Source: Oscillatoria acuminata PCC 6304 (GTDB taxonomy: Bacteria > Cyanobacteriota > Cyanobacteriia > Cyanobacteriales > Laspinemataceae). From it: DNA of 64,000 nucleotides. The translations under genes and the position numbers were made by a program. How positions within the stretch are numbered: position 1 is the first letter of the stretch; the number at the start of each line of letters is the position of its first letter. The stretch is taken from contig NC_019693.1 of the NCBI RefSeq assembly GCF_000317105.1, forward strand, positions 3,903,227 to 3,967,226. The letters are read 5' to 3'. The notes beneath the pieces were generated by a model, which did no database searches, was not told where the DNA came from, and was given only the letters and a program-made list of their open reading frames with translations. Below are positions 20,871-30,673 of this stretch, one piece after another.

Positions 20871-21797
20871 ATGAATATTGTTGTGTTCGGTAGTATTAAT
20901 CTCGATTTAGTCACCCGCACCCACCGCCTGCCGAAACCCGGTGAAACCTTGGCGGGAATTAGCTTTTTTACCGCATCCGGGGGCAAGGGTGCAAATCAAG
21001 CGGTTGCTGCGGCGAAATTGGGCATGACAACCTGGATGATTGGACGGGTGGGAGGGGATAGTTTTGGACAGGAACTGTTGGAGAGTTTGCAACAGTCTGG
21101 GGTGAAGTGCGATCGCATCTTAATCGATGAAAACACTACTTCCGGAATTGCCACGATCGCCGTCGAGGATACGGGAGAAAATACCATTGTGATTGTCCCC
21201 GGGGCCAACGATCGCGTCAATGAGTCAGACTGCGATCGCCTCACGGATTTGTTACCCGATGCAGCAGCATTATTATTACAATTGGAAATTCCCCTATCCG
21301 CAGTTTTGGCAGCGGCTAAAAAAGCTCAGGATGCCGGGGTTCCCGTTATTTTAGACCCAGCCCCCGCCCGCGAACTGCCCCCAGAATTGTATTCTTTAAT
21401 TGATATCATTACCCCGAATGAAACCGAACTGAGTCTCCTCACCGGACTTGCCGTGAGAGATGTAGAAACAGCCCGGGAAGCCATCACCGAATTGCAAAAA
21501 CGGGGAGTTAAAACAGCGATCGCCAAGTTAGGGGGAAAAGGGGTGCTTTGTGCCAGGGGAGAAGAACAGTTTTTTGTCCCCGCCTTTGAAGTGGAAGCGG
21601 TGGATACGGTAGCCGCAGGGGATGCCTTTAATGGCGCATTAGCCGTGGCGATCGCCCAGGGATTGTCCTTACCCGAGGCGGTAAGATGGGGGGCTGCTGC
21701 CGGTGCCTTGGCGGTGACGAAACCCGGTGCTCAATCTGCCTTACCCAGTCGCCTCACCTTTGAGGAATTTCTCCGGGAGGGGAAAATAAAGACTTGA
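20871..21797 (+). CDS. rbsK: Ribokinase
   Basis: 308 aa. PfkB signatures GGKGANQAVAAAKLG and DTVAAGDAFNGALAVA. Typical ribokinase N-terminus MNIVVFGSINLDLV. Confidence 0.8.
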   Translation: MNIVVFGSINLDLVTRTHRLPKPGETLAGISFFTASGGKGANQAVAAAKLGMTTWMIGRVGGDSFGQELLESLQQSGVKCDRILIDENTTSGIATIAVEDTGENTIVIVPGANDRVNESDCDRLTDLLPDAAALLLQLEIPLSAVLAAAKKAQDAGVPVILDPAPARELPPELYSLIDIITPNETELSLLTGLAVRDVETAREAITELQKRGVKTAIAKLGGKGVLCARGEEQFFVPAFEVEAVDTVAAGDAFNGALAVAIAQGLSLPEAVRWGAAAGALAVTKPGAQSALPSRLTFEEFLREGKIKT

Positions 21798-21837
21798 TGG
21801 GTTATTATCGTGTTTGTTTGATCATCCACGGGGACCT

Positions 21838-22075
21838 AACCCCCCAGCCCCCTTCCCTAAGAGGGAAGGGGAGAAGAGGGAAGGGGGTGAAGAGGGAAGG
21901 GGGTGAAGAGAGAAGGGGGTGAAGAGTAGGTTTTTTACGCTTAAGAACACCTCCGGTTCCCTCCCCTTGGCAAGGGGAGGGGACCGGAAGTCACAAACTA
22001 CTCCTGTAAGGAAGCGGGAAGCGGGAAGGGGAAGAAGAGGAAGAAATGGGTTTTTAGGTTAATTCACCAGAATTG
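21838..22075. repeat. Composite short-repeat block: palindromic CCCCCTTCCCTAAGAGGGAAGGGG, tandem GAAGAGGGAAGGGGGT units, palindrome CCTCCCCTTGGCAAGGGGAGG
   Basis: Direct visual repeats. The same palindromic motifs recur at 25395-25430, 25755-25895, 30630-30680 and 46490-46980. Confidence 0.7.
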
Positions 22076-22078
22076 ATA

Positions 22079-22759
22079 TTAATCCACAGGTTGAGTCGTG
22101 GCGATCGCCGCAATCCCATATACCGAAATCCCTTGTTTAGACAGGGTTCTGATGGCTTCTTGACAAGTTGACCCGGTGGTATAAATGTCATCGAGCAAAA
22201 TCACCCCCTGTTTCGGCTTGCTGCGGCAAAACCCGGCCCCCACCCGCATCGAATTGGCGAGGGTTTGCCTGCGTTGTTCCGGGGATAATTGATTTAACGC
22301 TTCGGTATCTCGTACTCGTTCTAAACCCCGAGGTTCTAAAGGGTATCCCGTCAATTCACAAAAACTTTTTGCCAGTAATTCTGCCTGATTAAATCCCCGT
22401 TTTCGTTGCTTGTCGGGATACATGGGAATGGGAACCACCGTGAGTCCCTGAGCTTTTGCCAAGGGAGACTGTAACCAAGTTTCAGCCAAAAAGTACCCCA
22501 GGGGTTGAGCGAGTTCCGGGCAGTTTTGGTACTTCATGACAGCGATCGCCCGTTTCATCACTCCCCCATAGCGACCCCAAATCAACACTGGAGGGGTTTC
22601 TTGTAATAACCGTTGCTTCACCGAGAATTTTTGGCGCTGCAACTGGCGATCGCAATTGGGACAGAGGAAGGGTTTTCCAGGGCGATCGCACAAAGGACAG
22701 GTGGGTTTTAAAAACAAATTCACCCACCCTTTTACCATTGCCGGCCAATTTCCCATCAT
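22079..22759 (-). CDS. ComF-family protein (double zinc-ribbon plus phosphoribosyltransferase domain)
   Basis: 226 aa. CPLCDRP...CPNCDRQL zinc ribbon. PRTase motif VILLDDIYTTGST. Confidence 0.65.
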   Translation of the reverse strand: MMGNWPAMVKGWVNLFLKPTCPLCDRPGKPFLCPNCDRQLQRQKFSVKQRLLQETPPVLIWGRYGGVMKRAIAVMKYQNCPELAQPLGYFLAETWLQSPLAKAQGLTVVPIPMYPDKQRKRGFNQAELLAKSFCELTGYPLEPRGLERVRDTEALNQLSPEQRRQTLANSMRVGAGFCRSKPKQGVILLDDIYTTGSTCQEAIRTLSKQGISVYGIAAIATTQPVD

Positions 22760-22884
22760 CTGCGAACCCCTCTTTCCTGCAATAAATTTTTATCTTAGCC
22801 CCCCACCTCCACCTTGACTAGGTTTTTTCAATTCATGCAAAAGGGAGCCACCCAGACTATGATAGAGGATGTCCGAATGGTTGC

Positions 22885-25350
22885 TTGATTGTGGATCACC
22901 TTTACTGGCTTGACCAAATTCAACCCTCACAACGGTATTTAGTGGGGGACAATCCATTTTATTTAAGTCAGATGGCGCAACAGGGTTATCCGGTGTTGCC
23001 CGGATTTGTGTTGGCAGCCCCTGCATTGCGAGAATTTTTAGAAACCTATCCTTGGGAAGAACCCCTGTTTGCCGAACTCCTGAGTTCGTCGGTGCATCTG
23101 AATGTGGACGATACCCGACAGCTAAAGGCGATCGCCCAACATATTCGGGAACAGATGATGGCGGCAGAGTTACCCCAGCAGTGGATCAATGACTTGGCGA
23201 TCGCCGCTGAAAAACTCAGTTCCCCGGGGTTAATCCTGTCCCTGAGTGTCACCCTCCCGCAAAATACCCCTAGTCCGGTCAAATTTTCGGGGTTAGTGGA
23301 AAGCTATGTTTGCCTGTGCGATCCAGAGGAAATTGCCCTAGGGGTACTGCAAACTTGGGCGGAGTTATTTAGAGCTCGCAGTTTATTGTATTGGCAGCGA
23401 TCGCAGATTGAACTGCGTGCACTGAATCTGGCGGTTTTGGTGCAACCCCTCCACAGTGCCATTACCTCCGGAACCCTCACCTATACCCCAGCGCATTGTG
23501 AAATTAAAGCCACCTGGGGATTGCCCCTATCGATTAAACTGGGACAAGCCATTCCCGATTGGTATCAAATCGAGTTAGAGAAGGGGAATGCGATCGCCCA
23601 AAGTCTGGGAAACAAACATCTCGGTTACGATTTGAGATGGAACTCCACCCCACCGGATGAGTTAACCGCAGAAACCAGCTTGCTGAGTCCCTACAGTTGT
23701 CTTCAACCCTATTTGGTAAGTGACGAACAACAACAGGAATTTTCCCTCAAACCCCGGGAACTGGAAACATTGGGGGCGATCGCCCGCAACCTCGGCAGTC
23801 ACTTAAACCGCCAGTTCAGCCTAGAATGGACCCTTGTAAAAGCTACAGAACAGTCCCCGGAACAGATCTATATCACCGGAGTGGAAGTGGGAAATCCCCT
23901 TCCCTCTTTGGAAATGACAGCCCCTGTAGACCCGCCATCTTCCCCCAAATCGGTTCCGGTAACGGCAATTGAGGGAGAAGAAATGCCACAGATTATCCTT
24001 GGAACTGGGGCCGCCAAAGGAGTCGCTGTCGGATTAGTATATTGCATCCCCTCCCCCACGGAAGTCTTGGAACATATTCCCCCAGGACGGATCTTGATTG
24101 CCAAAGAAATAGCCCCTCATTGGCTGCATATCGTCCGACAAGCTGCGGCAGTCGTCACCGAATCCGGGGGAATGACCAGTCATGCGGCGATTCTCGCCCG
24201 AGAATTTGGCATTCCTGCCGTCGTGGGGGCTGCTGGAGTGATGCAAGCGATCGCCACTGCGACGGAAATTTGTGTCAATGGGGATACCGGCGAAATCTTT
24301 ATACTCCCTGCCGGAACCGTCCCACCCAGTCCTGTGCGATCGCCGCAACCTGTTGCCACTGCTGTTTCCATACCTGAACCCATGCCTTCACCCGATTCTA
24401 ACCCTCTGTCTTCTCCCTTTCCCACCGCCACTCAGTTGTTGGTGAACCTGTCTCATCCGAGTTCTTTAGACCGAATTGCTGATGCCTACTTAGATGGTGT
24501 GGGTTTATTGCGATCGGAAATGATGGCCCTGGAAATTTTCCAATCGGAAGACCCTTACCAATGGTGCGATCACCACAAAAACCAGGAGTTTATCCACCGA
24601 ATTTCCGACCCGTTAAAGCGCGTCGCCGAATTTTTCTTTCCCCGTCCGGTGTTTTATCGGTCCTTAGATTTGCGCGGATACGATTTGCCGGGAATGCGAT
24701 CGCCGGGACAAACCAGCATCAACTCCAATCGCAGCGCCCAAACCTTGGGAGTGCATGGCGCATTTAGCTACCTCCTCGATCCGACATTATTTGATTTAGA
24801 ACTGGAAACCTTAGCCAAACTGCAACAGGAGGGGTTAACCAACCTCCGATTAATCATTCCCTTTGTGCGAACCGTCGAAGAATTTATATTTTGTCGCAGT
24901 CGAGTCCAACAATTCAAACTTGACCGCGTTCGGGATTTCCAACTCTGGATCATGGCGGAAGTACCTTCTGCCTTATTTTTAATCCCGGATTATGTGCAAG
25001 CAGGAGTCCAGGGAATTTCCATCGGCACCAATGATTTAACCCAGTTACTCCTCGCCGCAGACCGAGAAAATCAGCAAATGTCTCAGGTGTTTGACCCCCG
25101 TCATCCGGTGGTAATGAGGGCAATTCATCAACTGATTCAACAGGCAAAAGCAGCGGGAATTCCTTGTGCGATTTGTGGAGGTGCACCCACCCGCTATCCG
25201 GAAACCATTGATACTTTGGTGCGCTGGGGAATTGATGGAATTTCCGTCGAACCCGAGGCGATCGTCCGTACTCATCAGGCGATCGCCCGGTCCGAACAGC
25301 GCATCCTGTTAGAAACTGCCCGTCGTGACTCAGAAGACTGTCCGTTTTAA
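22885..25350 (+). CDS. PEP-utilising enzyme family protein (phosphoenolpyruvate synthase / pyruvate phosphate dikinase-like, substrate unknown)
   Basis: 821 aa. Phosphohistidine mobile domain GGMTSHAAILAREFGIPAVVG. C-terminal PEP-utilisers TIM-barrel motif ISIGTNDLTQLLLA. Confidence 0.65.
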   Translation: MIVDHLYWLDQIQPSQRYLVGDNPFYLSQMAQQGYPVLPGFVLAAPALREFLETYPWEEPLFAELLSSSVHLNVDDTRQLKAIAQHIREQMMAAELPQQWINDLAIAAEKLSSPGLILSLSVTLPQNTPSPVKFSGLVESYVCLCDPEEIALGVLQTWAELFRARSLLYWQRSQIELRALNLAVLVQPLHSAITSGTLTYTPAHCEIKATWGLPLSIKLGQAIPDWYQIELEKGNAIAQSLGNKHLGYDLRWNSTPPDELTAETSLLSPYSCLQPYLVSDEQQQEFSLKPRELETLGAIARNLGSHLNRQFSLEWTLVKATEQSPEQIYITGVEVGNPLPSLEMTAPVDPPSSPKSVPVTAIEGEEMPQIILGTGAAKGVAVGLVYCIPSPTEVLEHIPPGRILIAKEIAPHWLHIVRQAAAVVTESGGMTSHAAILAREFGIPAVVGAAGVMQAIATATEICVNGDTGEIFILPAGTVPPSPVRSPQPVATAVSIPEPMPSPDSNPLSSPFPTATQLLVNLSHPSSLDRIADAYLDGVGLLRSEMMALEIFQSEDPYQWCDHHKNQEFIHRISDPLKRVAEFFFPRPVFYRSLDLRGYDLPGMRSPGQTSINSNRSAQTLGVHGAFSYLLDPTLFDLELETLAKLQQEGLTNLRLIIPFVRTVEEFIFCRSRVQQFKLDRVRDFQLWIMAEVPSALFLIPDYVQAGVQGISIGTNDLTQLLLAADRENQQMSQVFDPRHPVVMRAIHQLIQQAKAAGIPCAICGGAPTRYPETIDTLVRWGIDGISVEPEAIVRTHQAIARSEQRILLETARRDSEDCPF

Positions 25351-25380
25351 CGCTTATATCAAGTTGCAACACCCTGCGGG

Positions 25381-25930
25381 GGTTCTCTCCGGTCCCCTCC
25401 CCTTGGCAAGGGGAGGGTTAGGGTGGGGTTCTTTTTGTGCGATTCCCTACGGGATAGCTCCGCTTACCGCACATCACGAAGAAAGAGGTTGGCACCCGGC
25501 TCCATACAGGCGCGATCGCCCTAGCCCTGTCAAGGTGATAAATTTAATGACGAAAAATCAGGGTTTCTTGGACAGGCGATCACTCTCGCGGCCCTACAAG
25601 AGGTAAATTTAATGACGAAAAATCAGGGTTTCTTGTAGGGGCGTATTGCATACGCCCAAAAGAGGGCGTATGCAATACGCCCCTACAATCTACACACCTT
25701 GACAGGGCTAGTGCGATCGCCCCCAAGAGTGCGTGACGTGGCGATCGGCAAAGAGGGACCCCACCCTAACCCTTCCCTTGCCAAGGGGAGGGAACCGGAG
25801 GTGCAGTTAAGCGTAAAAAACCTACTCTTGTATAAAGAATTAATCCCCCCCGGTTGTTTCCACTCTTGCTCCCCCTTCCCTCCCAGGGAAGGGGGTTGGG
25901 GGGTTAGGTCAATCTGGATGAGCAAGCAAA
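25381..25930. repeat. Nested repeat region: MITE copy B (25521-25711, with an internal partial tandem duplication) inserted into a larger palindromic element whose intact counterpart lies at about 46990-47170
   Basis: CTAGCCCTGTCAAGG...CCTTGACAGGGCTAG encloses the GGGGCGTATTGCATACGCCC hairpin. The flanks ...CACGAAGAAAGAGGTTGGCACCCGGCTCCATACAGGCG / GAGTGCGTGACGTGGCGATCGGCAAAGAGGGACCCCACCCTAACCC are contiguous in the 47040-47130 copy. Confidence 0.65.
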
Positions 25931-25940
25931 CATAATATGA

Positions 25941-26819
25941 TTAACCCTCCGAATCCGCTGCTGGAGACTCCACTGGAGCGACTGGACTCCAAGCACTTTT
26001 CGGCTGACTATTGCGGTGCATCAGCGCCAAAGTCAATTGTTTAAATAACCAGTATAAAACCGTAATCACCACAAACGTGACAATCATCACCAAAACCGGA
26101 CGACGACCAATCAAATCATTCATCACACTGCGGACTAAAATATCTGGGTCCGTCACAATATCCCAAGTATTAAACCGTTGAAAGCGACCCAGATAAATCC
26201 CAATTGCCGTCAACCCATGTATCACCAGTTCCGCCAACCCAGTCCAGCGACGTAACCCAGACCGTTCCATATACCAAGTTAAATAAATCAGGGACAGAAC
26301 ATAAGATTGAAACCCCACAATCATAAAGATTAGATACTGGGGAATCAAAGCTAACGTAATAATCCAGACCGAGTATCCGGCGCGAATATCAGTGATTAAA
26401 TGAATCACATCGGTTAACACATAAGGCGCATTCGGTAAAAAGGTGATAAACGCCACAAATCCCACCCACCATAACAGGGAACGCGAAACCGTCGAGCTAT
26501 TTTGACTGCGCCGCAACTGCCAAATTTCCGACGACATCAAAATCAGAGTCAGGATGAGAATCCAGATTAAGTAATCAGCACTGATTCGTTGCAGCAGGAA
26601 AATTCCCGTCCGGAAAACCCGGTGAGCAGACGGCAGAAAAGTGGCCCCTAAAATGAGAAACACTCCCCATCTTAACCATTGCGATCGGGGTTTATGAAAC
26701 AGCCAAAAACTCAACGCTAAGGGGACAACCGCTAAAAACGTATTCCACACCATAAAGACATGATTGCCTCGCATCGCCCCCCATGCAACAGTCATCCAGT
26801 CCATCAATTGAGCAGTCAT
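25941..26819 (-). CDS. Polytopic integral membrane protein (DUF1361-like), function unknown
   Basis: 292 aa. At least 6 hydrophobic helices. Confidence 0.4.
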   Translation of the reverse strand: MTAQLMDWMTVAWGAMRGNHVFMVWNTFLAVVPLALSFWLFHKPRSQWLRWGVFLILGATFLPSAHRVFRTGIFLLQRISADYLIWILILTLILMSSEIWQLRRSQNSSTVSRSLLWWVGFVAFITFLPNAPYVLTDVIHLITDIRAGYSVWIITLALIPQYLIFMIVGFQSYVLSLIYLTWYMERSGLRRWTGLAELVIHGLTAIGIYLGRFQRFNTWDIVTDPDILVRSVMNDLIGRRPVLVMIVTFVVITVLYWLFKQLTLALMHRNSQPKSAWSPVAPVESPAADSEG

Positions 26820-27258
26820 AGGCTTTTTCTTTCAGGGATTCTTTCAACAGAGCTTGTTTATTCCCTTACTATGATATTCACTCCATTCTGGGAGTTGCCA
26901 AATTGCTGAAATTCTTGACAATTTAGAGATTTTGTGGTATGTAAAAGACTAATCAAAGAGGCGCTCAAGCCAATACGCTATACATAACTTAATTCTCATC
27001 ATATCCCCTGTTCCTCCTGACTTGGATTAAGCCAGTCCCGCCCCATTGGAGGCTCTGCCTCCAGTCCCCAAAGGCGCTATTCTCGTGACGAAAGCTGAAG
27101 CCGAGTCCCGCCCCATTGGAGGCTCTGGCTTCTGTACTGTATCAGGCGGCAGAGCGGCTGATGCCCGTGACTCTGCTGAAGCAGAGTCACGGGCATCATG
27201 AAAAAGAGCTTTCGTCAGTCCGAATCCAAGCGAATTGTTTAGACAACAGGCAACAATA

Positions 27259-29253
27259 TCACGAACTGCTTCGACTAACTATTTCAACGGCTTTAGCATT
27301 TAATCCCTTTTCGTTTATTAAAAGTACAAATTCAACCACATCTCCAGCATTTAATCTTTGCTCATCACCACGAATATCGCGAAAATGAACAAAGATGTCT
27401 TGTTCGTGTTTCCCTCTAATAAAACCAAACCCTCTAATATTGCTAAACTTCGTCACTGTGCCCTGTTCTCGTTCAACTTGTGCAGCAACAAATGCAGATT
27501 GGGGACGTTTTAAAGCTGGTGATTCTGCTGGAGTTGTAACGAAATCCTCATTTAGTTGGGTAATGAGATCAGTTGTAAAGGCTTTGCGGCGAGTTGCCTC
27601 AAATTGAGAATAAGTCACTTTTGCCAGCACTTTATCAATTAAAAGAGTAGCCTTTTTAAAGGTTTCAAGGGCTTGATCGTCATCCCATAAAACCCCACGT
27701 AGACTATCACAGTATTTTTCAATCTTCTTGCTGTTCAAATAAGGGATTTGAGATGTCTCAACCAACATACGAAATAACATTAAAATATGAAAACGAAAAG
27801 CCCGATAGCTTTTGGCATTTAATGTTTTTTGCACAAAGAAGCGTTCAAGTAAGCTATATGCGTAACCACTACAGTAATAAGGGTAAGGATTATGTTCCTC
27901 TTGAAAAAGCTTCTCTTCATAAGCTTTTAACAACTCACCGTAATAACGATGCGTACTTTGTGGCTCATTCAAAAACATCCCCAGAAAACATTTGACTTGT
28001 GTTGCTAATGAAATGATCTGGGTAGGTTTTACAGGAAGTCCATCATATTGCTTAGAACGGCGCTCATAATAAAGTGGTCGCTCATTTTTTAAGGTAGTAT
28101 AAAATTCTTCAAGCTGTTTATGAAAAGGCTTGATTGATTAAAATGCTTCTACATAAACTTGAGTTTGCCTATTAGTTGCTCGAATAATTTGGTTCGTCAC
28201 TTCAGTATTGTTTGTGACTATCAGTTTTAATGGCACAAACAATTTGTCAGTGAGCGCATCCTTGTTAAGGAATATTACATGACTTGTCTGGCAGCCATTA
28301 ACGACCTGATAGTCTTGAATAGAAAAGCGTGAACCAACCTGCTGAACATTCTTAGCAACTACTGTAATTCCATTATTCAAAAGAGCAAATCTATCGCTTT
28401 GCTCTTGATCCTGTATCGTTACTTCAATTTCTTGGTTAACAAGATTATGTCCTTGAAAATCTCGTACATTGTCATAAAAAAGACTTCTAATAAGATTGCC
28501 CTCGGCATCTGTGATTAGCTTCAAATACTCTAAAGCCGGTAGAATTCCAATATAAGCTTGATGGACTTCACCAATAGTCGGCATAGCCGTGTGTTTTTCA
28601 AAATTGATTTCTTTAGTAACTTTCCGTCTCAACTCTAAATAAAGTCGCTTAATATACTCATTATCTACAGGAACAAACCGAACTTGACTAAAAAGCTTAG
28701 TTCCTTCAATTGCAGTTTTTTCAACTTGAATTCTACCCTCTAAGGTTGCATCTCCTAACCATGTTCCTGTCGTAACGTAGTACATCTCACAGACAGGGGC
28801 CTTACCCATGTCCATATCAATGCTAAATCTGTAAACATAATCTTTGAGAGTACGAAGGTTTGTTAACTGCGGATTCATAGGAATCGCAGGTTGCTCTTCA
28901 AAGAAACTACGAACACCAAACAAAAAGTTGCCTAAATCTCCCGAATCAAATTTTGGTGAAGTTTTTGATTGTATAAAAACAAATTTTACCTCAAATCGGC
29001 GTAGGGTTTTACGAAAAAAGTCTATTTCTTCTTGTGATGTGACAATGTGATCGTTGACAAGAACTGCTATTCCATCAAGAGCATTATCATGACTTCCACC
29101 AATTATTGTGGTTTCAACGTCAAAAGGATCAGGGTGAATTTTCGAGAGAACTGTGTGGTTGACAAAATATTCAAAAGCAGTTGCTTCATCAAGGTGATCA
29201 AGGCTACTCTCATCAACAAAATTTTTGACGTAACTCTTTAGAATCTGATCCAT
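27259..29253 (-). pseudogene. AIPR-like (abortive-infection phage-resistance family) gene with C-terminal cold-shock (CSD) domain, interrupted by a single in-frame TAA at 28138-28140
   Basis: ORFs 28138-29253 (371 aa, contains VVNGCQTSHVIF, an NGxQT-type motif) and 27259-27978 (239 aa) are in the same frame. The 159 nt between them translate without stops (SIKPFHKQLEEFYTTLKNERPLYYERRSKQYDGLPVKPTQIISLATQVKCFLG). The C-terminus GTVTKFSNIRGFGFIRGKHEQDIFVHFRDIRGDEQRLNAGDVVEFVLLINEKGLNAKAVEIV matches the CspA-type CSD pattern. Local GC is about 38% versus about 50% in flanks. Confidence 0.5.
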
Positions 29254-29535
29254 ACTTCAAATTAGGTAAGGAATTTTAATACAAGATTGGGTCTTGTTTT
29301 GAAGAGCAAGGCTACCGACTATTATTATAGCCCTAAAAATTTTGGAGGCTTTTCCCAAAAAACTCTTTAGGTTTTTATTTTAACACTATAACTGTCGAGG
29401 TGTCAAGAACAGCTAGAGGTTTGAGCTATAAATGTTTATAGTATGGTTGTAATCTTTGCTAGATAAGGCTTTTTGCTTCTAGTAAGTAGGAGTAAGGTGG
29501 GCAGTACCCACCCTACAATTGCTTGTTGGATGATA

Positions 29536-29550
29536 CCTTGACAGGGCTAG
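29536..29550. repeat. Solo terminal repeat of the MITE family (CCTTGACAGGGCTAG) at the right boundary of the low-GC island
   Basis: Exact 15-mer. GC content switches from about 38% to about 55% at this point. Confidence 0.5.
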
Positions 29551-29773
29551 GGGTTTGGGGTTGCCCGTAGTGAGAATCAGCAGTGTCGCGCAGGTTTAAA
29601 ATGCGAACCGTGGGAACCATTTTAAGGGTGTTCAATATGATTCAATGTTAATGGGTCGAGATAGAGAAACCGGCGGCGGGTCTAGAGGCGGGAGAGCAGG
29701 GTGGAGCCGAGGGGGTGTTGGCGGTGATCGCAGTTGAAAAACAAAACCATCGGGCGCGGGAGTCATTATTCCC

Positions 29774-30190
29774 CTAATCGACGGATATAATCTCAAAACT
29801 ATCACGGTTATGAATCCGGTAAAACAAAAAATCAGAGTCCAGGGTTAAAATTTGGCGCTGTCCGGTCTCTTCTGCTACCAATACAAGAGTTGCATCAGCA
29901 AAGTCCATCGGGCGATCGCGATATTGTTCCATCAATGCCAACAAACGGGTCATCTGTTGCGCTGTATCAATGGAATAGGTGATAAGTCCGCCCTGAACAA
30001 TTAGCTTGCCCAGTTGGTGTTGCATTGTCCAACCGCCTAGCCGATGAGTCAGATACATGGCTTCTGTGAGACAAGCCCAAGTCGTCAACAAGGGGCAGGC
30101 GTAACGGCTAATGGCTTGGCGGTAAGCGTAGTGTTTGGGCTGTCGGCGATCGACAATGGTAATCAAAATGCCGGTGTCACAGAGAATCAC
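29774..30190 (-). CDS. vapC: PIN-domain toxin (VapC-like)
   Basis: 138 aa. N-terminal MILCDTGILI with conserved acidic residues (D5, E, D..). Overlaps the upstream small ORF by 4 bp. Confidence 0.65.
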   Translation of the reverse strand: MILCDTGILITIVDRRQPKHYAYRQAISRYACPLLTTWACLTEAMYLTHRLGGWTMQHQLGKLIVQGGLITYSIDTAQQMTRLLALMEQYRDRPMDFADATLVLVAEETGQRQILTLDSDFLFYRIHNRDSFEIISVD

Positions 30191-30441
30191 AGATTCAGTC
30201 CTTGATCACGGTATTTTTCAACGAGGTAGTCGGTGTAGTTTAGCGGTGCGGTTTCTACGTTAGGGGGTTGGGAATCCAGAGGCAGGGTATCCACTTCAGC
30301 AAACCAGTTTTCCCAAAGGGTGGTGTAGTCGGTTTGGGGTTGAAGGGAGCGGGCAAAGGCGAGGATTTGGGTTAAGGATTCGGGGGGAAGGCGATCGAGT
30401 TCGCGATCAAGTTGTTGTCGGATTGGGGGAGGGTTTGACAT
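30187..30441 (-). CDS. Putative antitoxin (VapB-like partner of PIN toxin)
   Basis: 84 aa. Translationally coupled (ATGA overlap) to the PIN gene. Small acidic protein. Confidence 0.45.
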   Translation of the reverse strand: MSNPPPIRQQLDRELDRLPPESLTQILAFARSLQPQTDYTTLWENWFAEVDTLPLDSQPPNVETAPLNYTDYLVEKYRDQGLNL

Positions 30442-30673
30442 GGGTGGGGTTGATGGGGTAGTGGATTGCTTGGGCGGTTGAGAAACCGGGTTTCTTAGTA
30501 AACATTATGCCTTACAATTACGGTTATCGCAGAAACCCGGTTTCTGGGCTTTTTGGGACTAGAGGCAAGAGCGAATTTGGTCATGGCGGATTCATGTCCC
30601 AAAAAACACGAGGGAAGAGGACTTTCGCTCCCCTCTTGCTCCCCCTTCCCTCCCAGGGAAGGGGGCTGGGGGG

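Noticed and set aside
22790-23026. 78-aa minus ORF and other antisense ORFs inside the PEP-utilising enzyme gene (23046-23282, 23868-24431, 24768-25372)
   Set aside because: They are opposite-strand shadows of an 821-aa gene with clear catalytic motifs.
25325-25935. ORFs 25325-25606, 25683-25925, 25699-25935
   Set aside because: They lie entirely within the nested MITE/palindromic repeat block and are low-complexity translations.
27100-29300. Prophage remnant
   Set aside because: The low-GC island contains only the AIPR-like gene, with no integrase, capsid, terminase or att-like tRNA junction. It is better described as a small defence islet.
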